From the NCBI GenBank assembly GCA_002633005.1, contig NMRA01000041.1, positions 518,311 through 558,707 on the forward strand: DNA of 40,397 bases, read 5' to 3'. A program made the translations under genes and the position numbers. Under the pieces are notes generated by a model. It did no database searches and was not told where the DNA came from. It worked only from the letters and a program-made list of their open reading frames with translations. The DNA is from Phoronis australis. Its lineage: Eukaryota > Animalia > Phoronida. Positions 1 through 11,477 of the stretch are shown here, piece after piece (position 1 is the first letter of the stretch; every line of letters begins with the position of its first letter).

Positions 1-149
1 TGGCAGTGTTCATTCGTGATACCTGGGCTTACGGTGAATATTTTGCGACTGGTTTCAAGCGGTTACCTCTTGGATTGATCTAGCTCAATTTTTGTACCCT
101 GTATATGTTCGTCTGGCGGGTACTCCCCACCACTGAAATTGTCTGGCAG

Positions 150-630
150 TGACCAATTTTGATACAATGGATGACGTAGCAGGTATCGAAGGCAGTTTTA
201 AGTGGTTACCAGAAAATTTGATCTAGCTCAATTTTTGAGTGTAATTCTCTTGGCTCCCCTGACCACACCCACCAGAGCAAACCTGCCAGACGGCCATTTC
301 CAAGCATCAGGATACCCACAGAGCACTGTGGCACCAAAGAAAATTGGTTACCTTTTCATGCCCAAAAAAGCTCTGGGATCCCGGTCTAGTCNTGACCAAT
401 TTTGATACAATGGATGACGTAGCAGGTATTGAAGGCAGTTTTAAGTGGTTACCAGAAAAGTTGATCTAGTTCAATTTTTTATTGCAATTCTCTTGGCTCC
501 CCTGACCACACCCACCAGAGCGAACCTGCCAGATGGCCATTTCCAAGCATCAGGATACCCATAGAGCACTGTGGCACCAAAGAAAATTGGTTACCTTTTC
601 ATGCCCAAAAAGCTCTGGGATCCCGGTCTA
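150..630. repeat. ~240-bp tandem duplication (150-388 / 393-630) joined across a single N (392)
   Basis: Both copies run from tgaccaattttgataca to gggatcccggtcta with a few substitutions; an older, weaker similar unit lies at 1-150. Probably a repeat-element end duplicated at an assembly junction. Confidence 0.85.
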
Positions 631-1159
631 TAAGGCTGAGAGCAAGCGGTTTTATCATTGAGTTATGGACAGTGCAACAAGTTTTGGATAAATAACATGA
701 ACATTTTCTTTACATTTGATCTTTAATTTGACTCGCGATGTTAACAAGCTGCATTAGATTGGCTGCTTCCCAGTCAGTACAACGATGTAGTCATTTCATA
801 AACGCAGCTATTTTTGACAGTCTTCGCCCACAATTGTTTGTTGTTTGTGAATACGTGGTGAAGATGTATTTGTCTCTACACGGCATATGTGCGTGAATCA
901 TTGGAAAAACGATTGCGAGCTCAAAAAAACTGGTAGAAAATAAACCAAGGTGCAGAATAATTCTTCTGTGCTCAGTGCTCAGCTGTAAGAACACCTACAA
1001 CAATTTTTTGAAACAGCGCTCGATCTTAAAAAAATCCAGCATGAGAGGGCTTTATCAGAAATGCCAAGCACATACAGCGTCGTAACGGAGAAGTTGGCAT
1101 TTCCGTATGTCCACAAAAGTGCTTTGAGCAGTGTGTACAAATCTGTTCATTTCGCTTTT

Positions 1160-1356
1160 CTACACTGACGAATACGGTCAACACGGTGTTTTAAAAAAGT
1201 CCACTTTTGAGGGCATTTTCAAAAATTATGTTTGGTTGATGCATTCACTAGAGCGTCGCTGCCCACGTCGCCGTACAACAAATGTAGGCGTGGGCAGAAA
1301 ACGTATTTGCGTAAAAAAAGTGTTGCGTTTTCAAAACTTTCAGACAGAGTCATGTG
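1160..1356. mobile_element. degenerate non-autonomous DNA transposon (PIF/Harbinger-like MITE) fragment
   Basis: Motifs gttttaaaaaagtccacttttgagggcattttcaaaa and aaaaaaagtgttgcgttttcaaa resemble, from memory, the terminal region of Harbinger-type MITEs of aquatic animals; not searched. Confidence 0.4.
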
Positions 1357-1666
1357 TTGTCAGGACCCTATATTAATGAACTGAGGCCAAGTACAAAGCA
1401 CGTCTTCAAAATTTAGATAAAGTTTACGGCACGCTGATTACAGCGGGGTCACAGACTCGGAGCACGTTTTTAAGCATACGTTTATTGTAATATCGGTTGA
1501 ATTGTATGACGTGTGTTGTCAGGACCCTACATTAATAAACATTAGGCCAAGTACAACGCACGTCTTCAAAATTTAGATAAACAAATTTTACGGCAAACTG
1601 ATTACAGGGTCACTGACTCGGAGCACGTTATTAGGCATACGTATATTGTAATATCGGTTGAATTAT
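1353..1666. repeat. ~159-bp direct tandem duplication (2 copies)
   Basis: tgtgttgtcaggaccct...atatcggttgaatt starts at 1353 and again at 1512, with scattered substitutions and indels. Confidence 0.85.
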
Positions 1667-2044
1667 ACGTTATAACTGCGAATAGCACGTACGCGAACAA
1701 TGAGCCATTCACATTTATATCTGATCACAACTCTCCCCCTGCTTTGAAAACAAACAATCGTGTAGATAATATTCGGAAATAACCTGAACTAAAATGATAG
1801 GACAAACACTACATACCATACTACAGATTCTACATTCGAAGACCGCTTTTGTGATGAAGAAACTCCCAACAGAAGAAGTTTATAATGACATGTCAATAAA
1901 TATAACTTTTATTTGCCCTGAATATGTACAACTATTTACGCAATCCTTACTACATAAAGACAATTGAATAAACTCATAAATTTAACTAAACTTTAAACCT
2001 TGAATTACTATATCTCAAAATAATCCGCTGTGGGTCAACAAAAC

Positions 2045-2939
2045 CTATTTTTTTACCGATTGACGTGCCTTTTTACACTTAATGGCTATTGCTTCAGGGC
2101 AAGTTTTCCACAAGGAATGGAAATCTTCTACCGAACCACCATAGCGCGATTTCACATTGACTAATCCAAATTACTTACCGGCGTAGCAAAAATTGCTTTT
2201 CTACAATTATTCTCCACCTAAAATTGTGGTGTGATCTTTTGTATCGACTTTCGGCGCAATGAAATATTGCGTCACTTATTAGCCAGTTTCTTTTTCCCAG
2301 ATTCTTCAATCAAACCTTCTCCCTCGAGGTTGCGTAAACGTCACAACAAATGATCAGAATTGGTTTCCTTTCATTGTGTGTTTATGGAATTTGATATCTG
2401 TAAACCGAATTTTAGAACAAATTTTGCTGCGATGTTGTCATCATCTAATGGGAGATGATTTTGCTGAAAAATAATCCACATGATAAACATCAACAACAGC
2501 CATTGATGCGTCCCCAAATCTGTCATTAATTGCTTAATTTCAAAAACGTAGCGAATGTGACTAATACATTATTTTCAAATTAATACTAACGTGTTGCACT
2601 CCCGTATGATGACGCAGGTTGACTTTTTGGCGTCACTGGAGTCGGTGTTACTTCGGGTTGCTTGTTTAAACTTCTTAAGATAATATCCACTTTTTGCTCC
2701 AGTCTCGAGAGCTGTGTCCCGAGCTCTACTGCCCAAGATGGAGCTGTTTCGTTGTCGACGTCAAGTGACGTTATGCTACACCCGGGATTTGAAACTGACG
2801 GTGGCGTACTCGCTATCGCCTTACTAAAGGAGCATGAGCCTTTCTCTGGTGACAGGGGTGAAAACTGCATACTAAATTCATCTATCAGGTCTTGATCAAA
2901 ATTCATTTCAAGCTGGTGTTGGTTTCTTGCTGATGTCAA
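2045..2939 (-). pseudogene. decayed BEN-domain (BANP/E5R/NAC1) gene, probably transposon-derived
   Basis: ORF 2939-2586 has a coiled coil (LSRLEQKVDIIL) and a P/S/T linker. Downstream fragments read NIAAKFVLK and RNLEGRR..NLGKKKL with stops and frameshifts. 2160-2045 reads NVKSRYGGSVEDFHSLWKTCPEAIAIKCKKARQSVKK*, matching the BEN C-terminal helix pattern W..C..AI..KC...R. Confidence 0.55.
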
Positions 2940-3181
2940 ATGTTGAAGTGGCCAGCGGTATACGTAATGTTTAATTTATGCAGGTAGAGGTGAAATAATA
3001 GTGGCGACAGGTAAGGTGTGTAGGGAATTCTTAAAGAGAATACAACAGATTTTCTGTCGCTGTGGCTTGTTGTGCATGATCACACACTACGACTTTCTTG
3101 AATAGCAATTGGCCTACAGCACACATCACGAATTTTTGGCCGCCCGGTCGGAAATTGGTCGACGACTAGCCGTCGACCGGT

Positions 3182-3906
3182 NNNNNNNNNNNNNNNNNNN
3201 NNNNNNNNNNNNNNNNNNNNNNNNNNNNNNNNNNNNNNNNNNNNNNNNNNNNNNNNNNNNNNNNNNNNNNNNNNNNNNNNNNNNNNNNNNNNNNNNNNNN
3301 NNNNNNNNNNNNNNNNNNNNNNNNNNNNNNNNNNNNNNNNNNNNNNNNNNNNNNNNNNNNNNNNNNNNNNNNNNNNNNNNNNNNNNNNNNNNNNNNNNNN
3401 NNNNNNNNNNNNNNNNNNNNNNNNNNNNNNNNNNNNNNNNNNNNNNNNNNNNNNNNNNNNNNNNNNNNNNNNNNNNNNNNNNNNNNNNNNNNNNNNNNNN
3501 NNNNNNNNNNNNNNNNNNNNNNNNNNNNNNNNNNNNNNNNNNNNNNNNNNNNNNNNNNNNNNNNNNNNNNNNNNNNNNNNNNNNNNNNNNNNNNNNNNNN
3601 NNNNNNNNNNNNNNNNNNNNNNNNNNNNNNNNNNNNNNNNNNNNNNNNNNNNNNNNNNNNNNNNNNNNNNNNNNNNNNNNNNNNNNNNNNNNNNNNNNNN
3701 NNNNNNNNNNNNNNNNNNNNNNNNNNNNNNNNNNNNNNNNNNNNNNNNNNNNNNNNNNNNNNNNNNNNNNNNNNNNNNNNNNNNNNNNNNNNNNNNNNNN
3801 NNNNNNNNNNNNNNNNNNNNNNNNNNNNNNNNNNNNNNNNNNNNNNNNNNNNNNNNNNNNNNNNNNNNNNNNNNNNNNNNNNNNNNNNNNNNNNNNNNNN
3901 NNNNNN
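3182..3906. other. assembly gap (725 N)
   Basis: Run of N; ORFs crossing it are artefacts. Confidence 0.99.
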
Positions 3907-5235
3907 TGATACTAGCTGTAACAAAAGTTTTCAAACCCCCTTCTCTAATAATGTACTAGTCCCTCTGTCATCTCAAGTCTCAAGCTGTCAAATATACCTG
4001 TTTAGCCTGCTAGAAGAGATCAAAGGTTCACAATCATTCAGAACTCTTCACATACGTGGTAAAGGGAAAACGTAAATGAAATAGTGGGCCGATTTTAAGG
4101 GAAGCTTTTCTGTTTTGTGGGTTTGATAATGGGAGTTAAAGAAAAAAATGCCTAAGTGAAAGCAGATTTCACTCCATTCTTGCAATGACTTGCGTCATCA
4201 GAAAGTTTTTCTAAATTTCAGAAAAACAAGTTCTAACTTTACAAAAAAATCTTGAGGCGGTCCCCCCACATGGTCTAGCATGGTTCTGCCCTATTTTAAT
4301 TTTTAATTTTGAGAAGTGAAGAAGGCTGCAGGAAGTACTCAACACTAGGCAACTGTTCTGTTATCACTCACTTAACCAAAGTGAAGTAAAGAGATTACGT
4401 ACTTGGTATGCAGAAAAGAACAAACTTGTCTTTCTGCCAAAGTTTTACTGTTGGTTCATAGGCAGGGATGACATAAGATGATTAGGTAAAATGGCAGTTG
4501 TTAGTCAAATTGAAAGAGGTTTGTGCTGTTGTCAGATCTAAGTTGATTGACAAGTGCTTGGTCAGGTCAGAACTCTAGAAGTTCACCACTGGTCACAGAT
4601 GTAGCGCTCGCAACAAATAGGCAAGCATGCGCTGTTTTTCCCTTCAAAGTTACCAAAGGTTTAGATCCATGAAAGATATCCTCTGGTAGATTATACCCGT
4701 GTTGTTGGCACAAACTTTACACCTTGATGACTCATGAATTGTGCATTAATCTTAATATGAGATCGGTGGAGTTGAAATATCCTCCGCATTAGTGCTGAGA
4801 GCATGTACACTAAGTCATGTCTGCATGTTTGTTTTGTTGTTTTATTAGCATGTATGCTGTTTTTTACTATAATTTGAAGGATAATACTATTTTTGACTTA
4901 TTATTTGAAATTATTTACTGGTGACGTTCTTAAGACTAAAAAGTACACAAGTATCAGTACTGGATACTACAATAAACAATGTGACATTTGCTTCTAATAT
5001 GAAACATTGGAAATTTTAAACCATGGCATAGAGCATACCTTGATCTTTATTCATTGTACTTTGAATCAGACTTTTCATGGAGCCTACAGTAAGGAGTGTC
5101 TTACTGTAGGTTGATAACGTTACATTTTCTTTATTAATGGTAGGTGGAAATCGGCTATTATAAAGGGGATGTTTGTCATTTTCACTGCATATGCTCATCT
5201 ATCTCAATAAAGTGATGTGGACTTGTTCATTCCAG

Positions 5236-5479
5236 CCCGGACTGCTTGATCTGGCCACCAACTCTCCCGCAACACAGACAGTGCAGGTAGATCCATGGGG
5301 CACACCCCTCACCAGTCCTCCTCAGACGGACCCTTGGGCTTCCAAACCACCAGACCCATGGGCGTCACCATCAGGACCACAGCCTCCAGTGTTGAGTGAT
5401 CCGTGGAGTACTCCATCAGCTGGCTCCACCCACTCCACACCTCAGAAGCCGGTGATGACCTCAGCTCTCCCTCCCCCGG
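5236..5479 (+). CDS. EPN: epsin exon (DPW-rich)
   Basis: ttccag|CCCGGA ... CCGG|gtcagt; PGLLDLATN..., 4x DPW. Confidence 0.9.
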
Positions 5480-7165
5480 GTCAGTGCTTGCTTCATTATC
5501 TAGTGTCAGCTGTGGGTGAATAATTCATGCTCCATTGCCTTTTATAATCCCCATGGAACTCTGTGATGACCTGGGATGACTAAACTCAAGGCCGCTTTAT
5601 CTTAAGGTCACCCTAAGTTAACATCTCATTCACAATACACACAAATCAGTTGACTCAAAGCCAGTTAAGTTGATCTCCAGTTCACCTTAGAATGACCTTT
5701 TCTCTGAAGTGTTGGGAAAACCAGTTGCGAGTTGCGATTACTTATAATGAATATGTACATATTGTTGAATTTGTCATTGTTTATAGGGATATTATGAATA
5801 TTAATGTCGAGTGTGTTCAATATTTATTTGCAAAAAGCAAACCTTCATTTTCGAGCCTCAAAAGTGGGGCTTTCTATATTAATATAAGTGACCCTGCCCG
5901 AATAGCACCGATAGTGGGGCCTCTATGTGAAGAAATACTGTTATTTAGGTAATGGTTGGATATAACGTGCCCGAATTTAGAGAACCAGTTTTTCCCATTC
6001 AATAACGGGCATCAAACTGGTTCTCAAGATACAGGTACGTTATATCTGATAATTGCCATTATTAGAACTTATGGCGACTCTAAGGTCACCTTAAGATACT
6101 TCAGTGGAATTTTGTTATTTAGACGACTGTTGGGCAAACCAGACAGTTCTATCAAAGCTTCAGTAAAATAGGAAAACGCGAGTTGGATCACTCAAATACA
6201 AGCCTGTGCGATGATAGCTGAAGTTGCCTTTTTGGGCAATATTGCGTCACTGCGAGATCCCATCACAAACGATAAATGGCCGATAGCAGTTGTATTGAAT
6301 AGGGGTCTGAATAGAGCACCATTGTGTGCGGGTGTAATTACCAGTTGTTTGAATTAAAACGTAATTCTCGTAGGGACGTAGACAAAAGCAAGCCAATAAG
6401 CCTAAGACTTCATTACGTTTGGCAATTTGTGACACTGGTGGGCCCAGAGCAGTGCTCTTAATGTACTTTAGGAAACAAATTTACAAGTGTTGTGTTACTT
6501 TGCAGGTAAATTGAACATGTTTCAATCACATTCGATTCATTGTCCTATCTCCATTACAGCTCAGAATGACCCCTGGGCCACATCCGTGCCTGCATCAGCT
6601 AGCTCCCCCTGGGACTCTGCCCATCCTCCAGCCATGACAAACAGCGCCAGCATGCCCACTGGCATATTTGGTAGTTCTGCTAATGGGTCCTCCAATAATG
6701 TGGATGATGCTTTTGATCTGTTGGTGTCCAGACCGAGCGTACAAGCCACGGCAACGTCCTCATCCATGGATCCCCTGGCTGGTTAGTACATGTTACACCA
6801 TTGGACTGTTTGCATGATACATACATGTTTTCCAGTCTGCTTAATGGTGCAGTTTTGGTACAGGCTGTGTGACCCTGCACTAATTCTTCCCTTGTTTCAA
6901 ACAAACTAAATCGTTTTCTCCTGATGGCCGTGTTAACCAAAATTAACTGGAAATCCCTTACTTGAGAGGCAATTACTTAAATACCTGAAACTGTTAAATT
7001 AGCACACTGGCCTTTGCTGACCAACATCTGCAGAGGTCAAAGGTGTACGTCTCCATTTGCTGACCAACATCTACAGAGGTCAAAGGTGTACGTCTCCATT
7101 GAAACATCTTGAATAACCTGCAAATAGTATCTGTTGCAAAAATCTATCGCACACACACGCGCGCG

Positions 7166-7218
<53 letters not shown>

Positions 7219-8890
7219 GCTGTACGTCTTGACTAGGTCTGTCTCGAAACAAAAATTTCAGAAAGAACTATCTGAGCACGATAGAGCTGTTTGGAGCTGT
7301 TACTTTGATGCCCATGGTAGATGTTGATTTTTATGTGTTGACCTCTGATACTAGCCTCATTGTACACCATCTAAAACTGTCACAAACTATGTGTCTAAGG
7401 AGAAAATGGAAAGCATGTTCTCAGCCAGATAAGAATTGAAACTTTACCGTTGCTCATTTGTTTATGTTATTTTTTCCAGCAGCAATCTTCTTTCAGATTT
7501 GTTGATCTCTTTTTGAGTGCCTTGTAAGTTTTAGGACATGGCTTTTGTTGACATTTCCAAGGCCGAAAATTGGCCGTATGCTATTTAAGTAATGTCAGAC
7601 ATTAATGCCAAGTAGGCTCTGACTTGGGCTGTTAGTTGTGAACTAAAAATGTATTCCTAAATTTTTGCTTCACAAAAAGTTTGTGAGCATGGGAAGTAAA
7701 CGGAGAATTACTGTAATACATTAAACTAGTGCAATGCATTGAATTACTGCGTGTGTTGAATTCCTTATTTGACTATGCCATTATTAGCCAGTGCAATAAT
7801 AATATAATAATGTTGGTGGGTAGTTGTACTTAATATGTCTTGATAGTTCACCATTATGTGCTATCAAATTCTTCAGATATGTCCAGTATGGGCTCTGCAC
7901 TTCCCCCAAGTAAAAAGACTCCGGAAGATTTCTTGGGTGCCAACAAAGATTTAGTCAACCTGGACAGCTTAGTCTCAAAGCCAGCTGGCAGTAAGTATCT
8001 CCAGCTTATTTTCGCGGACTGTAAGTTCAAGTCTCCTTTCTACTTTTACTCATCCGGGATAAGGTGAGGTAAAAAATACATAGGCAGGTGGCCGGATGCC
8101 TTGTGCATTACACCAGGCGTACTTAGGACACACGGGTGGGCCCATGGTACTAATCAGGTGAGGTAAGTTGTCGATCACATGTCGAGTTTATCCACCATTA
8201 CTAAACTAACTGGACAACATGTTTTTGGAGGAGTAACTTGTTCTGGAGTAACTTGTGGACGACACTTAACTCTACTTTGTTCTTGTCACCACGTATTCTC
8301 TGTGCACATAACCACCCATTGTCATACTCTGCTCAACTGTTTCTTTTGCTTCAACCAGTCAGTTTTCTCCTTCATTAGCTTTAGCCAATGTCTTTGTTTC
8401 ATTAGGTTCAATCAACTCTATAAGTTGTCCACTAGGTTTCACCAATCCTTTTTTGTATCTCATTAGATTATTTGATTAAACCATTTCATTTGTTTGTTTG
8501 GATTAAACCATTCCTTTAACTTTTCTATAATGTTAAACTAATCCATTTGCTTGATTTCATTAGATTCAACCAACCCATTTGTTTGTTTCACTAAGTTTAA
8601 CGAATAAGTCTTGCTTGTTTCATTAGGTTCAGCCAACCCATTCGCTGTTAAGTTCAACCAATCCGTTTGTTTGTTTCATTTATGTTTAACGAATCCATTT
8701 GCTTGTTTCATTAGGTTCAACCAATCCATTTGCATCAAGCCTGAGTGGTGTCACCAACAACCCATTTGGCTCCGGTCAGCCCCAGCGTGTTCCTATGAAT
8801 CAGATGCAGTCGGGTGGCTTCATGCAAGCCCAGTACCCAGGACTTCAGCCTATGGTCCCCATGCAAGCACAAAATAACCCGTTCTTATGA
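5236..8890 (+). CDS. EPN: epsin, 3' part of gene: join(5236-5479,6560-6781,7877-7990,8715-8890); ENTH/UIM exons lie upstream or in the gap
   Basis: All junctions AG/GT, phases 0|1|1|1 consistent. 5x DPW (AP-2 binding), LLDL and LVNLD clathrin-box-like motifs, KTPEDFLGAN..LVNLDSLV epsin signature, three NPF motifs ending NNPFL*. Confidence 0.93.
6560..6781 (+). CDS. EPN: epsin exon
   Basis: ttacag|CTCAG ... GCTG|gttagt; QNDPW...DDAFDLL. Confidence 0.88.
7013..7099. repeat. 43-bp direct repeat x2
   Basis: tttgctgaccaacatct(g/a)cagaggtcaaaggtgtacgtctcca at 7013 and 7056. Confidence 0.9.
7148..7216. repeat. compound (CA)n(CG)n(CA)n microsatellite
   Basis: Uninterrupted alternating purine-pyrimidine tract of about 69 bp. 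Confidence 0.97.
7877..7990 (+). CDS. EPN: epsin exon (clathrin-box LVNLD)
   Basis: cttcag|ATATG ... GGCA|gtaagt; KKTPEDFLGANKDLVNLDSLVSKP. Confidence 0.92.
8390..8733 (+). repeat. ~31-bp minisatellite made of the epsin last-exon acceptor plus its first codons
   Basis: Consensus gcttgtttcattag|gttcaaccaatccattt. Units start at about 8549, 8581, 8613, 8669 and 8701 (the real acceptor), with more decayed units back to about 8390. Confidence 0.85.
8715..8890 (+). CDS. EPN: epsin terminal exon (3x NPF)
   Basis: cattag|GTTCA; STNPF..TNNPF..QNNPFL then TGA. Confidence 0.93.
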
Positions 8891-9114
8891 GACTTGTAAT
8901 CAATCACAATAGACTACTTACAGATGAATAGTGTTAGTATGAACATAGACTTCCATAAGTGCAGAAGTCCATGGCATGAGCAGACATCATCACTTAATTT
9001 TGGCAATCTATTTAGCATGGGCTTTTATAATTGTTCTTCAGTAAAAAAAAACAATTTGTGTTCAAAGCCCAGTTTTTATGTATCATTGCTGCTGTGCACG
9101 TTTCAGACAATACA

Positions 9115-9390
9115 GTATGTACCTGAAACTTTCTTGTCTGAGGGTAATGGTGATGTTATCAACAAAATATGGTCACCATGCATTTGTAAAGTATAACTTA
9201 TCCAAAGGAACATTGTGTACCTGAAGCACTGTTGTCTGAAGGTAGTGGTGATGTTATCAACAAAATATGGTCACCATGCATTTGTAAAGTATAATTTTTC
9301 CAAAGGAACATTGTGAACATGAAGCACTGTTATCTGAGGGTAATGGTGATGTTATCAATAGGAAATGGTCACCAGCCTGTTGTAAATCCA
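9115..9390. repeat. 98-bp tandem repeat (~2.7 copies) in presumptive epsin 3' UTR
   Basis: Unit starts at 9119, 9217 and 9315; shared core ggtgatgttatcaacaaaatatggtcacc. Confidence 0.88.
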
Positions 9391-11471
9391 AAAGTAATAC
9401 AAAAACATGGTGTTATCATCTCTGAATTTGCAAAATGTTTGAAGATTACAGTTCCTGTGTCAGCTGATTTGAAAAGAATGCTTTGATAATTACAAAAGTT
9501 CAGCTCCATTTCAAGTATTCTAAAAGTAAATTGATGTCAGCTTTGGTGATGAGTTCATACTGAAGCTAAGTTCTACACTTGAGATAAAACAGAGAATTGT
9601 GTTCGAATAGTTAAACATGAAGTGACTAAATGGTCTCATGACAGAAACTAAGAATTCAAGTCAGATGTTGTAGCTTGGAGAGTACTTTGATAATGGAAAT
9701 TTACTAGTCATAGAATATTATTATGGGAGCTGTGTGGTGTGATTCATGGCCTTGTGTGGTGAAGTGCTGGTACGGAGAGTTCACTAGATGACATGTGACC
9801 TCTGTCTGCTCATTATGTCAACACAAGATACACTGATGTCATTATATTACTTTGTTACATGACCACCGACTCTTATGTCCTCTCATAGGCTAAAACGCTG
9901 TACAGGGACTTCTGTTACGAGGTGATGTTTCGCCAGCAAACGGTGTAATATCAGTTTTCAATCACGCTGCCAGGACGTCTTGTCTCACTATTCATGATCT
10001 GACAAATTACAGGCTGTAGAAACTGTAAACCACCGACTGTGCAACAGTTCATAAAAGCTGTCGGAAATTATTAAATATGAAGTAATCCGAGTAACGAAGC
10101 ATTAGTGGTTTTTTAAAAACAAAGACAGACCAATCTCTGTGGCATGTCTGGTTGTATGGACCTCAGGGCAGCAATGTTACCTTGACCAGGGGCCACTTTG
10201 CTTTCCCTGGGTGCATGTAATTTTTTGTATACATGCATCGAATTATGCCTGTGCAATAATCATGTCGCGTGTCCTTGTAGTAACACAGGTTATTGTATGG
10301 GATTGGGTAAAAAAGTGTGGATTTCAAAACTTAAATATGTGGTACAAATGTGTTAAACTAAGGGCATTTTATAGAGATGTATTTTGATAACCAAGGTTGG
10401 TGTGCCAAGTATTTTCACTTGGTCTTCAATCTCGTGAAAATATTTACTTGGTACAGCAACTTTGGCTTATAACGTTCACATTCACCCGTATAAAAACATG
10501 TGACGTTTAACATATATATTCCCCTTGGGATCAGTCCATATTTGTTGGAATGTGATGAGTCATCTTGTCCTGCTCAGCCCTCAAAATTTTGTGATGTGAA
10601 TCGAGGTTCACACGTCACAGAATTTCAGTTTCCCCCCAAGGATGAAGTCAGATGTGCACTTCTGTAGTCACGAACTTGTCATAAACTTTCATGTACGTTT
10701 CCAAGAAGAAGCAAGCGGACATCTTTTCAGAAAGAGGTGTACACCATGAAGTCAAAATCTTAAGAAATTAGCTTTAGCTTAGGAACATTCCTACTATAAA
10801 CAGCCAGTCAGGGTGACCACAGAATAAGGACTATTTGAGTTGACAATTTATGTATGCAGCCGTCATGGAGAGTACTGTAAAATCGGACCAATTTTGCACA
10901 AAAATAGTTCTAGGATTGCACTTTTTCATTTTGAAAATTGAACTTTGTTGTGAATGTCCAGATTCACAAATCATCAGGTGATAGGTTCGGTACTGAACAT
11001 GGAAAACCATTCATTAGGTGCAACCTATCTCCCAAGAAAGAATGAGAAATAAAATTCCACCTTTAGCCAGATTTTATTCAAAATTGGTGAGACTTTACTG
11101 TAATAGGTTTGTTATGACAATACCATAAGTGTAGATGTGAGTACCAGACTTGCAATGGTTGTACTATGCTAGCCATGTGTATGGTTGTGTTAATTCATAT
11201 TTTATTTGTACAGAGAACGGTATATTATACAGCATATCTGTACCCATCACTGTTTTTAATATATTTGAAAACATCTGAAGTTGTCGCAGTTGTGATTTTG
11301 TTTCTAAATTGTGTTTTATTTTTAATGTAGCGAAACCAATCAAATTACACATTATGAAAACTTGGGGATGCGGTGTAATTATAACATTGCAGTGTTATGT
11401 GAGATTTTTATCAACAACAGAACTGACGACACAATGATAACATGAAGCAAGGTATAACAATACGCTTTCAC

Positions 11472-11477
11472 AATAAA
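11472..11477 (+). promoter_or_regulatory. candidate epsin polyadenylation signal
   Basis: AATAAA followed by ATTAAA about 20 nt later, at the end of a long U-rich UTR-like region; other hexamers exist (e.g. 11048). Confidence 0.3.

Noticed and set aside
3080-3934. Long ORFs of X residues
   Set aside because: They span the N gap.
8150-8170. Possible micro-exon cag|GTGAG|gtaagt in an epsin intron
   Set aside because: 5 nt would shift the frame, the pyrimidine tract is poor, and the flanking exons already join in phase.
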